IMG/VR virus record: IMGVR_UViG_3300044716_000973
Coordinates: 9,120-73,119 of that record
DNA from: a virus
Reading direction: 5' to 3' (one strand)
Length of the DNA stretch: 64,000 bases
The translations under genes and the position numbers were made by a program. Below are positions 46,998 to 57,900 of this stretch, in pieces; the stretch's first letter is position 1, and each line of letters opens with the position of its first letter. The notes beneath the pieces are model-generated. The model worked only from the letters and a program-made list of their open reading frames with translations. It was not told the DNA's origin and ran no database searches.

Positions 46998-47327
46998 ATG
47001 GCAATTAAGGCAAATTTACAAATCGACCAAGGCGCTGATTTCAGTACAGAAATCGACGTGCTTGATGATGCCGGAGAAGTAGTAGATCTAACTGGTTATT
47101 CCGGTGCAGCACAGATGCGCAAGCACTATACTTCTTCTACGTCAACAGCTTTTAATGTTGCCATTAATGCTTCTGGTGGTAGTGTTACGTTGTCAATGAA
47201 TGCTGCAACATCTGCCAACGTAACAGCTGGTAGATATGTTTATGACTGTGAACTGACAAGTTCTGGCAATACAGTCTCTCGTCTGGTTGAAGGTATTGTA
47301 ACAGTTACTCCTCAAGTTACGAGGTAA
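46998..47327 (+). CDS. Small virion structural protein
   Basis: NLQIDQGADF, DLTGYSGAAQMRKHY, AGRYVYD and RLVEGIVTVTPQVTR. Confidence 0.7.
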   Translation: MAIKANLQIDQGADFSTEIDVLDDAGEVVDLTGYSGAAQMRKHYTSSTSTAFNVAINASGGSVTLSMNAATSANVTAGRYVYDCELTSSGNTVSRLVEGIVTVTPQVTR

Positions 47328-47329
47328 TC

Positions 47330-47590
47330 ATGGCTCTCAAAGCTAGAATTGTACAGAATTCTCAGATGGTTGCAAGAGTTACCACATCAGGTGACTCTCT
47401 TGCATCATCTAAACCAGTAACTCTTAAGAATCAAATTAACGAAATTCGTAGCATTGAAGATTTTGGCGATGTTGACGAGGTGAATGTAACATCCGGTGCT
47501 ACTTTAGTGTATAATTCCACAAGTGATAAATATGAAGTAAGACCGCTCGAAATCGGAGACCTCGGTAATATCGACGGAGGCACATTTTAA
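47330..47590 (+). CDS. Small structural protein ending DGGTF
   Basis: GAGG SD; GATLVYNSTSDKYE. Confidence 0.65.
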   Translation: MALKARIVQNSQMVARVTTSGDSLASSKPVTLKNQINEIRSIEDFGDVDEVNVTSGATLVYNSTSDKYEVRPLEIGDLGNIDGGTF

Positions 47591-47608
47591 ACTTGTTGAG
47601 GAACAATA

Positions 47609-49030
47609 ATGGCTAACCAAATTCAGATCAAAAGATCTTTAAATACTGCCACTCCTCCGTCATTAGCTAATGGTGAACTGGCTTTTACTGCAAACGGCGA
47701 TCATCTCTTTATCGGGTCGAACGGCGCGTCTATCACCATTGGTGGTAAATTTAATCCTGGTGTTCTCACCGCAAATCAAGCTCTTGTTGCCAATGGCACT
47801 GGATATCTTGATGCAGTAAAAGCAGATGCTCTTACTGTGCGTACGATTACTGCAAATGGTACAGCAACTCCTGGTGCTGGATATCTTCTTTCTGTAGATT
47901 CTGGTGGTAATACCTACTGGCTAGATCAGGGTGCAGTTTCAATTAACGTTGCTGCAGTGTATGCGTGGACAAACACACATACATTCTCTATTAGTACCTC
48001 CAGCTCAAACACATCTACCGGTGCAGTTGTAATCACTGGCGGTTTAGGTGTTGGTGGCAAAATCCATACTAACGATTTTTCTGTTGGTAACTCTACAGTT
48101 AATTCTAGTCTGAGTGCTACAACACTTACTGTTGCAAACGTTTCTGCGTCTTTTGCAGTCAATGCCGCAGTCATTTCTGCCGGCAGTGGTGCTTTTATTG
48201 CCAATGCAAGTCAAATAACGCTTGCTGGCGGCGTAGGCATCTCTGCCAACGGTGGAATAGGCTCGGCTGGACAGGTTCTTCACTCTAATGGTTCTTCTGT
48301 ATACTGGTCAAACACAGTAGCAGATATTACTGCAGTAACCGCAGGTGATGGTCTTACCGGTGGTGGAACAACTGGCGACGTTACTCTAAACGTTGTTGGT
48401 TCGAACAGTATTAGCGTTGCTGCTGACTCGATCAGTGTTCCAACTGGTTCTACACTTACAGTCAACTCGACTGGTGTGCATGTTAATAATGCTCTGTCGA
48501 TTTCAGATCTTGTTCTTTCTGGCAACCTAACAGTTTCCGGTACGCTTACCACGATTGATACAAACAACCTTACAATTGAAGATCCTATGATTAAGGTTGC
48601 TAACGGCAACGGTACAGATACCGTCGACGTTGGTTTCTATGGTATGTTCACAAATGGCGGAACCCGTTATACCGGTCTTGTTCGTGATGCAACAGACGGT
48701 GTTTATAAGCTCTTTACCGGTCTTGAATCTGAACCAACAACAACTGTTAATACGGCGGGTGTTGGCTATGGTCTTGCAGCACTGGAAACTTATCTTTATT
48801 CCGGCGCTCTTGTATCACTTGGCAATACCTTTAGCATCACTGCAAATAGTGTTATTCCAGTACATATTTCTGCTAACACACTTAAGCTATCGACTTTGAC
48901 ATCAGGTGGCATTCTTGTTGGTAACTCAACAAATGGTATGACTAACCTCGCAGTTGGTACAGACGGATACGTGTTACAGTCAAACGGCACATCTGTTGTT
49001 TATGGTACACTTGATGGAGGCACGTTCTAA
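47609..49030 (+). CDS. Tail fibre-like protein ending DGGTF
   Basis: IQIKRS...LANGELA N-terminus, GAVVITGGLGVGG and GNLTVSGT...RDATDG modules shared with the 51925 fibre. Confidence 0.75.
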   Translation: MANQIQIKRSLNTATPPSLANGELAFTANGDHLFIGSNGASITIGGKFNPGVLTANQALVANGTGYLDAVKADALTVRTITANGTATPGAGYLLSVDSGGNTYWLDQGAVSINVAAVYAWTNTHTFSISTSSSNTSTGAVVITGGLGVGGKIHTNDFSVGNSTVNSSLSATTLTVANVSASFAVNAAVISAGSGAFIANASQITLAGGVGISANGGIGSAGQVLHSNGSSVYWSNTVADITAVTAGDGLTGGGTTGDVTLNVVGSNSISVAADSISVPTGSTLTVNSTGVHVNNALSISDLVLSGNLTVSGTLTTIDTNNLTIEDPMIKVANGNGTDTVDVGFYGMFTNGGTRYTGLVRDATDGVYKLFTGLESEPTTTVNTAGVGYGLAALETYLYSGALVSLGNTFSITANSVIPVHISANTLKLSTLTSGGILVGNSTNGMTNLAVGTDGYVLQSNGTSVVYGTLDGGTF

Positions 49031-49033
49031 TTT

Positions 49034-49237
49034 ATGGAAGCCGAATTTGTTAATGAGTATATCAATCGCCTGACTGTAAATTTACACGATTCCGTAAGTA
49101 AGAATGTTTTACATGAAGCAAGGCTGGCGCTGCTCGAAAAGAGTTACGCCAGCCTTCAAGTAGAACATCAACAGGCTCTTCTCGAACTCGAGAAGTTAAA
49201 GAAGAAAACTAAACCTTCGGAATCTCTACAACCATAG
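49034..49237 (+). CDS. Small coiled-coil protein (possible fibre chaperone)
   Basis: Heptad pattern; 3' end overlaps the convergent glycosyltransferase gene by 29 nt. Confidence 0.6.
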   Translation: MEAEFVNEYINRLTVNLHDSVSKNVLHEARLALLEKSYASLQVEHQQALLELEKLKKKTKPSESLQP

Positions 49238-49808
49238 TTGTAGAGCCAATGTGACCACAACGAATTGATGGGTCACACCATAACCTAAAGCCTTTAGTAA
49301 TTGCTTTTTTGCAAAAATCAGTGTCTTCGCTGATCGTATTGCTGTGATCGAGAGCAGGATGATATTCGAACTGTGGATAACCTACGCCTGCTAATACTTC
49401 TTTCTTGACAAGCACACAGCCAAAGCCACAACCACCAATGCCAACTAGATTCCAGTCCTTTGCATAGAGGTCTTCAGTTGTCATACGTGTACCAAACGGT
49501 TCGTAGATTTCAAGCATTTGTAGTTCGAGTCTTTGACGATACACACCAGAAACCAGATCTTTATCGTGAGCAAGAAGCTTCTTTAATGTATCCGGTGGAA
49601 ACGTAATGTCATGATCGACTGAGAACAAATAATCAAATCCGCGTACAACCCAGTCTGCAATCAGGTTACGAACCTGATCCACTCGGTATCCATAGAAGTA
49701 TTGAAAGGTTGTTTCATATCCTTCAGGAACTTCCAGGTCATAGATGGATTTGAATGTATCTGCTTCAATATAACGAGCAGTTGGTATGGCAATTAAGATT
49801 TTTTTCAT
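49209..49808 (-). CDS. GT-A fold glycosyltransferase (GT2-like)
   Basis: ILIAIPT, RNLIA, YLFSVDHDI (DxD), GCGFGCVLVKKEV, SEDTDFC and CGHIG. Confidence 0.8.
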   Translation of the reverse strand: MKKILIAIPTARYIEADTFKSIYDLEVPEGYETTFQYFYGYRVDQVRNLIADWVVRGFDYLFSVDHDITFPPDTLKKLLAHDKDLVSGVYRQRLELQMLEIYEPFGTRMTTEDLYAKDWNLVGIGGCGFGCVLVKKEVLAGVGYPQFEYHPALDHSNTISEDTDFCKKAITKGFRLWCDPSIRCGHIGSTTMVVEIPKV

Positions 49809-51844
49809 AACGGTCTCAGATCAATCTGTCCTGGAAAGAATGGCGAATTATTCAATACTTTTGCAGCGGTCTTGTTCTGTTCTTCTGCATGTACTTTGTA
49901 GTCGTTGATTGGATTCAAATCATTATAGTTAACTACAATATCTGTTACGCATACAACCTTGTTCGGATCTGCTCGTTCAATTAGATAATAGAACAATGAA
50001 GTATCACCACCTGCTCTTGGCCATTTTCCATCAATCTGTAAATCTTCTTTCGTCAAGTTTTTAACTAGCGAAGATTTAAACGTACGCAGATGCGTGTACG
50101 GCATGTTCCAATTAAATCTGTACGAACGATAGAATTTGTTTGCCTTAATTTCAGGTGGATATTCCTGAGCAATCAATGGAATGTTATCGGCCATAGACCA
50201 ACATGATCCGTATGTAAACTCTGCACCTTCATGATAGAGGTTATTGTACATGTGAAAGATAGTCGGATCGTTGACAAGTGAATCATCACCATCAAGAAGC
50301 ATGATATACTGTTCTGTTATCAATTGCTTGATCGTATCATAGTGATTTGCAACAGCGCCAAGATTCTCTTCATTTTGTAAAACAGTAAAGTGCCAACGTT
50401 GCGATGGTGTAAGCGAGTTGATGGTTTCCTTGGCGACCTTCACTGTATTATCTGTTGAGTAATCATCAATAATATACATGTGATAGTCAGTATAGTCTTG
50501 TGCGGCTACAGATCGAATACACCTTTCGATGTATGCTTCAGCATTATATACAGGTGTAATAATAGCTATAGATTTTTCATCTGAGATCTTAACTGGTTGG
50601 AGTTCCTCTGCATTCAAGAACCGACGGTTGAATACTTTACGAACCTTATGGTTAATCTTTGTAACCTTACGATACTCATCAACAGGTAAGTATTCACCAA
50701 GTTTCTTATACAGATGTTGCTTCCATTGAAGAGCAACCGTATCCCAAGTACAAATATCTTTCACCTGGTTGCAAGCATACATCTTCTGCTGGCGCAGATA
50801 AGGATTATTATATGCTTCTACGACTTTGTCAACAAATAAATTCACCTGATGTTCTTGGTTCAGCCAGTGCATTGCCCAGTTTGGTTCAACAGGATACTTA
50901 ATCTTCCATGATGCTAGATCGATTGCTGTCTCTTCGAGGGCACCAAACTGACATGTAATGAGTGGCACATTATGAGCCAATGCTTCAAGAGTTGAGATAC
51001 CGAATGTCTCTGGAAAACCTACAGGGTAAATCATATAGGAAGCTTTGCGTAGGATATCAGAGATCTCTTGCTGAGTAATTACTCCGGTGAACTCAATGCT
51101 GTGCCCATGATGCAGCATAAGTTCAGTCCAGTCCTTCTGCTGCTGGTCTGGTTCTGCCGCTTCACGGAACTTATAGTAGCCACCGACGATCTTAAGTTTT
51201 GCATCTGGAATACGGCGCTTCACCTCTGGCCAGATCTGTTTGACAAGAGGTATCATTCCCTTGGTCACAGATGCATTGAAGACAAAAAGGTTCGGATCTT
51301 TCTCACGAATATCAATCCAACCTGGATTCATATTGCCAATACCGTTACGAGTCAGGAAGATGTGATTCTTTAGAACATCATAGTTACGACGGAATCCATG
51401 ATCGCAATGAGTGACATAACCTGTATGCCAGTCAGAGAGTGTAAAGATCTCTTGGAGCTTGCCAATGTTAATGAGATACTCGATCTGATCGTCGCCCTCA
51501 CAGAAGGTATCATGCATCCAAAGACAAACGTGTTTAGAATTGGCTATAATTGGCCAGTCTTCTGCAATGGGTTTTACGGACCGAGATACGATACAGACAT
51601 CATATGTTTTACGGTTTGACTTGGGTCCATCGCCAGCTACAGGGCGATAATTAACACCATTATACAATCCCCCGCGCGAGTCATCCGAAACACAATCATT
51701 AAAGACTGTAACATCAAAGCCTATTTTGGCAAGTTCTTCTGACATGCGAATCACGGCCGATTCAGATCCTCCAAGTCCTCTCTTTGAGAGAGTGGATCCG
51801 TCATAGGTCAGGCCGAGTGTATCTATAAAAGCAATCTTCATCAT
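49805..51844 (-). CDS. Two-domain glycosyltransferase: GT-B (GT4-like) fused to GT-A (GT2-like)
   Basis: GLGGSESAV, WMHD and ETFGISTLEALA; then IITPVYNAEAYIERCIRSV, IIDDYSTD, LLDGDD and HLRTF. Confidence 0.88.
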   Translation of the reverse strand: MMKIAFIDTLGLTYDGSTLSKRGLGGSESAVIRMSEELAKIGFDVTVFNDCVSDDSRGGLYNGVNYRPVAGDGPKSNRKTYDVCIVSRSVKPIAEDWPIIANSKHVCLWMHDTFCEGDDQIEYLINIGKLQEIFTLSDWHTGYVTHCDHGFRRNYDVLKNHIFLTRNGIGNMNPGWIDIREKDPNLFVFNASVTKGMIPLVKQIWPEVKRRIPDAKLKIVGGYYKFREAAEPDQQQKDWTELMLHHGHSIEFTGVITQQEISDILRKASYMIYPVGFPETFGISTLEALAHNVPLITCQFGALEETAIDLASWKIKYPVEPNWAMHWLNQEHQVNLFVDKVVEAYNNPYLRQQKMYACNQVKDICTWDTVALQWKQHLYKKLGEYLPVDEYRKVTKINHKVRKVFNRRFLNAEELQPVKISDEKSIAIITPVYNAEAYIERCIRSVAAQDYTDYHMYIIDDYSTDNTVKVAKETINSLTPSQRWHFTVLQNEENLGAVANHYDTIKQLITEQYIMLLDGDDSLVNDPTIFHMYNNLYHEGAEFTYGSCWSMADNIPLIAQEYPPEIKANKFYRSYRFNWNMPYTHLRTFKSSLVKNLTKEDLQIDGKWPRAGGDTSLFYYLIERADPNKVVCVTDIVVNYNDLNPINDYKVHAEEQNKTAAKVLNNSPFFPGQIDLRPL

Positions 51845-51850
51845 AGTTCC

Positions 51851-51879
51851 ATTATAAATAAAAACAATAATACTGTCAA
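51851..51879 (-). promoter_or_regulatory. Perfect consensus sigma70 promoter for the glycosyltransferase operon, probably leaderless
   Basis: Minus strand TTGACA (51879-51874), 17 nt, TATAAT (51856-51851), 6 nt, ATG (51844). Confidence 0.85.
51853..51860 (+). promoter_or_regulatory. T4-type late promoter for the giant fibre gene
   Basis: TATAAATA ending 64 nt upstream of ATG 51925 (GGGGAG SD). Confidence 0.8.
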
Positions 51880-51924
51880 CTAAATAGTTGGCTTACAAGA
51901 TATATATCTGCTTTGGGGAGCCAT

Positions 51925-54900
51925 ATGGCAAACAATAAGATTCAATTTAAGCGTACGACTATTTCTGGCCGTACACCAAACACCACGAACTCTGGCAACA
52001 CATCTTATATTGATGCTGGCGAGTTTGCAGTTAATCTTACTGACCATAAAGTCTACTCCTCAAACGGATCTGTTGCATTTGAAGTTGGTGCAAATCTAGC
52101 CTCGTTGAATGTTGGTGGTAATGTTACAATTGGTGGTAACCTGAGTGTAACTGGTACAACAATCAGTATCTCAGGCAATAACCTGTCTATTACTGACAAT
52201 ATGCTTTATATGAACCAAGGCATTCTTGCTACGGTTACGAATGCTACTGGTAATGGCTCTACTGTTACGTTTGTTGCAAACAACAACTTCTCTGCAGGAT
52301 GGGACGTATTTGTTTCTGGCATTTCGCCAAGTTCTTTTAACGGAACTTACAACAATATTCTATTTGCTAATGCTACTCACTTTACTGTTTCAAATACAAA
52401 CGTAGATTCATACAGTTCAGGTGGTTCTGCTCGTGGTAAGACCGACTCGAATCCTGATATTGGTTTCTCGGCAGGATATAACGACGGAACATATCATCAT
52501 ACCGGATTCTTTCGTGATGCAACTGATGGTCGATACAAAGTCTTTGATAGCTATCTTCCAGAGCCAGACACTTCACCATTCATTGATACAGCAAATGCTA
52601 GCTTTAAGATTGCCGATTTCCAGGCAAATACTCTTTATGCAAATTCAATTTATGCCAATGGATCTCTAGGTACTGCAGGCCAAGCGCTTGTTTCAGACGG
52701 AACTTCAGTATACTGGTCAAACAATCCAGGTTATACTGGTTCGACAGGAGCTACTGGAGCACAAGGTGCTCAGGGTGCACAAGGACCAGCAGGAGCTCAG
52801 GGACCAACCGGCGCACAAGGTCCTACTGGAGCACAAGGCGCTCAGGGTGCACAAGGTGCTATAGGTTTTACCGGTTCTGCTTCTACAGTCGCTGGTCCAA
52901 CAGGTCCACAAGGAATAACTGGTCCACAAGGTGCAACTGGACCACAAGGACCTCAGGGCGTTATTGGTTTCACTGGTTCTGCTCTTATGGGAGCAATCAA
53001 CTATGTTCAAAACACAGCTCCAAAAGCTTTTGCAAATACAACTGATTCATTCCCAAAAGCACTTGTATCTGTCACTATCACAACCAGTGGTGCACCGGTA
53101 CAAATTGGTGCATACGGAGATGCAGAAAACAAATCAGTTGGTGGATGGGGCAAATTGCAACTCTATCGCGGATCAACACCTATTAGTGGTAACGTTCACT
53201 ATGAAGGATCAGCCGGAAGCGAAAACAGTCCATTTGCATTTACACATATCGACAATCCTGCCGCTGGAACGTATACCTATTATCTCTATTGTACAGAAAT
53301 AGCCGGTGGTAATACACATTTTGGTGAAACATCTGGTCCTGTTCTGAATGCTATCGAACTTCAGAACGTTAAAGGTGCACAAGGACCTACAGGCACACAA
53401 GGTCCTACTGGTCCACAGGGTGCAACTGGTCCTCAAGGTGTGCAGGGTGTAACTGGTGATCAAGGTCCTACAGGTACTCAAGGACCTACCGGACCACAGG
53501 GAGCAATTGGCTTCACTGGATCTGCTGGTAATACTGGTGCACAGGGCCCACAAGGAGCTACTGGTGCTCAAGGACCTCAAGGACTTACTGGCCCACAAGG
53601 AGCAACTGGTGATCAAGGTCCTCAGGGAGCGACTGGACCACAAGGTGCTCAAGGACTTACTGGCCCACAAGGTGCCACTGGTCCTCAAGGAGCACAAGGA
53701 GTTACCGGTGCTCAAGGTGCGCAGGGTCCTGCGGGAGCACAAGGTCCACAGGGCGCAACAGGTCCACAGGGTGTAATAGGACCAATGGGACCAACCGGAC
53801 CGCAAGGTGCTACTGGTCCACAAGGAGCTACAGGTCCACAGGGAGCGATTGGCTTCACTGGATCTGCTGGTATTCCTGGTGCACAGGGACCTCAAGGTGC
53901 TACTGGTCCACAAGGACCTACTGGTCCACAGGGTGCTCAAGGTCCAATTGGTTATACCGGATCGTGGGGTGGAACTGCTCAAGCTAATGTGAATATGAAT
54001 GGTTATAGCATTACAAATGCTAATACCATTGTTGCAACAAGCACATCAATTATGGGAGCGCACCGCAAATATTATCTTGGAGCATTGGGTGCTGCTGGTA
54101 CACAAGCTAGACGCCATGAAATTGCCAGACTTTATATTGATTTTAATGACTGGCATGGGGCTGGTACTACATTTGTAGAAATCCACAATAACTACTATTA
54201 CGGCGGTGATTATCAGCGCTGGTCAATTTCCTATGATTATAATAACGTACACTGTTATCTTATAGCAGGTGCATCTCCTCGCGGAAGACATGCACAGGTT
54301 GCTTGCAGTTCTCCAGTTCAAGTGTCTGGTGATTTTTATTATATTTCTGTTTATGTTGATGTGATGTATTACACTACATACCAAACTTATATTGAAACCA
54401 GCTGGCCAGAAGTTACTTCTCATGGTGCACATGGCGGTAACATACTTGTATATCAATCACCATCTGCAACAAACATTTCTGATTTTACAGCTCCTACAAT
54501 TGTTTACACAAACAATTCTTTGCAAAGTGGGGCAGATGTTCGTGCGCCTGTTTTCTATGATAGCGATGACACTGCTTATTACTCTAATATGGCGGGTGGT
54601 TCAAATCTTTATACTACAAAATTCAACACTGCAACTAACGGAGCAGCTGGACGTACAGTAGTTATTAAAGACGCGACACAAAGCGAGATACTTTTTGGAA
54701 ATTATCCAGGAGGTTGGACATCTGCGCTTCAAATTCAAAACAATGATAACTCTGACTTTGTTTGGATTAGTCCGTTAGATGTTAACAACAATGCTAGAAT
54801 TAGAACTGGTGGCTGTGGCCTTGATTTCTATACAGATGGTACCAACGATACCGGAACGTATTCGTTATTTGTTGGAAGCGGCTATGCAACAGGGCAAGTA

Positions 54901-57900
54901 TCTCTTCGTGCACCTGTTTTCTATGATTCGAATGATACTGGTTACTATGCAGATCCTACAGGTTACTCTCAGCTGTGGAGTGTAGCTATTAGAGGAGATC
55001 AAAGTGCTCAAGGAACGGGTAACCAATTATTCTTATGGGATAGTGGTAACACTACCACGTCTGCCATTGGATTTAAAAATGTTGGCGGTGTTTGGGCAAC
55101 GCACGGCGCAGCAACCGCAAGTTATAACACATACTTTACAATGGATACGTCTGGCCGAGCATGGATATTCCGTCGCGCTACCGTAGGTGGAAACGATTTT
55201 ACTGGGGTGAATGTTGCATCTATCACGAATACTGGTATCGCGCAGTTTGATGGCTCTACCCGTTCTCCTGTCTTCTATGATAGTGATGATACCACGTATT
55301 ACTTTGATGGTGCAAGTACAAGTAGATTAAATCAAGCTCGATTCCAAAACCGAATATCAGTCGGTGATGGTTCTGGAACACCATTCCTCAATGGAGGATC
55401 ACCAGGCGTATGGCTCAGTTTTAACGGTGGATCTGATATATTCATGGGTTCTGAAAACAGCGGTTCTGCTGGTTTCTATTTGGGCGCTTGGAGATTTACA
55501 GTAAATAGTAGTGGATCTGCAACAGCTAGCGCTGACTTCCGTGCTCCTATCTTCTACGATACAGACGACACGAATCGATACGTTAATCCGAATGGCACTT
55601 CGCAGTTAGTAACAGTTGAAACTCGCGCTGGTAGCGGATTCAGGTCCTTTATTGATGGGTCGTCGAGTATTGCAAGCAGCATTTACTTTGCTAATGCTGG
55701 TAATACTCGTGCAATGAATTGGCAACTTGACGAGAATAACGATGCTGCTCTATGGGGATACGATGGTACCTCATGGGGTAAGAAAATTACCATTGGCCAA
55801 AACAGAACAATCGAACAGGGTAATAACTTTGCTCACCCTGAAATCGAGTGGTCTGCTGCTGGATCCTCAACTGGCGAAGTAATATTCTACTTGCCTGGTA
55901 CTACGGCGAACTATGGTATGGTTCACATGGTATTTGATATCTACGAATACACTGGACAATACACCGCAACTGTAATCATTGGCGGTCACAACTGGAGCAG
56001 CTCGTGGTATAATACAGGTTGTAATATTATTGGTTATACAAACAAGTCTATTCGTCTTGGTGTAAAAAACGATGGTACGAACAACCGATTCTGTGTTGTA
56101 TTTGGTGGTACAACTTCATCCTGGAGTTACGGAACGATTCGTCTTCGTAAGATTCATAATGGATCGTTTTATGATGGTGTAATGAATCTTGCTGGCAACT
56201 GGTCTGTGTTCCAAACCACGACAGAAACATTTGTTAATATTAGTGGCGATCTCAGAAACACCTATGCGCCGGTGAACTTAGAAGTAGGAAACATTGGCTA
56301 CGCTTATGCTAGTTTCCGCGCTCCTATCTTCTACGATAGCGACAATACATCCTATTACACCGACCCTAATAGTCTTTCCAACCTAGTAACCATTTACGCC
56401 ACAAAAGGCGGTGCAAATAATACTGCAGCTATCCAAGTTCGTGGAGGTAATGCAGGATATCCACGTATACAGACTTATGGTCTCGATGCCGATGGTGCCG
56501 CATGGATGGGTCTTGGTACGGACATGGGTGGTGGCCCTTATGAGCACTCGGTTTATTTTCCCAACGGTGCTAGCGGTAACGGGCGTCTATCAATCGGCGA
56601 CTATAACGGCTCGACATACAACCCGCGCCTCTGGGTATTTACAACGTATACACAGATCAACAACTCAACCCGCTCACCGCTTTTCTATGATAGCGATAAC
56701 ACTGGATATTATACCGATCCTGCTAGTACGTCTATCTTGGTCAATATGTCACTTGGTGGTGGTCAGACAGTAAACGGCCAATCACACTTCCAGTGGGAAG
56801 GTGCGACATACAGAAACCCAGGCGATCACACTCCTGGTCTGTTAGTTCGTGCAGATAATGCTACAGCTGGTATCAACGGATCGCGTCCTGCAATTTCATT
56901 GTATAATGAAAACGGTGGCGATGAAACAACAGTAGCTATGGCATTCGTTTCTCGCGAAGCGCAAGGCAGTGGCAATGCTGTTAACTTGGCTGGTATTGTT
57001 GCCAAAAAACAAATTGCTGGTGACAGTGGAAACTGGACCCAAGGCTCGTTAACATTTTACACTCGCTACGGCGGTACGCGAAATGATGCCATTTACATAG
57101 ATCAATCTGGCTATGTTACCATTGGCGGAAACGAAAATCAAAACGCCTACAATGCTGTAACTGGTCGTCGTCTAATGTTTGGTAGTGCTGATAGTGATGC
57201 TCAAGGTAACTACTACATTGGGACAAACCTGGAAGACTATGGTGGTAATTATAATAAGCTAGACTTACGCTGGCATACGGGTATACGTATGGGCGCGCAA
57301 GCTAATTATGGTGGTATTCGTTTCTATGATTCGGAAGATTTGGGAACAGAGATATTTGCTGTCGGCAAATCTGGCAATTTTGCCCAAGCAGCCAATAGTT
57401 TAAGAGCTCCTATTTTCTATGATAGCAGCGATACTGCTTTCTATACCGATCCTGCTAGCACATCCCAGATTGTGAAGCTACGCGTCATCAGCGCAGGTAA
57501 TCAGGCTGGTGGTAATATTAAGATGGGGCAGGCTGGAGAAGGAGCTAATAAGTGGTCTTATCTAACTGGATCACACTATAACGATACGTCTGAGAGCGAA
57601 GGCGTATCGATGATTGGCTTGTATGCTTCGTCAACCGAAAACCAAGTTGTTATTGGTGGATCCATTTACGAAGCCAATCCTGCTACGACAATTAATTTCT
57701 ATACTCATAATGCTATCACACATGGCACTGGAGGATCGCTGCGACTGAGCATTGGTAATGACGGCGCAGTGGTCGCTCAGGTTGATATGCGCGCACCTAT
57801 CTTCTATGATAGTAACAACACCGGCTATTACGTAAATCCAAATGGCAGTTCATATCTCTACAGCCTCTCCCTATCGGGCAGTGCATACTTCCAGCCAAAT

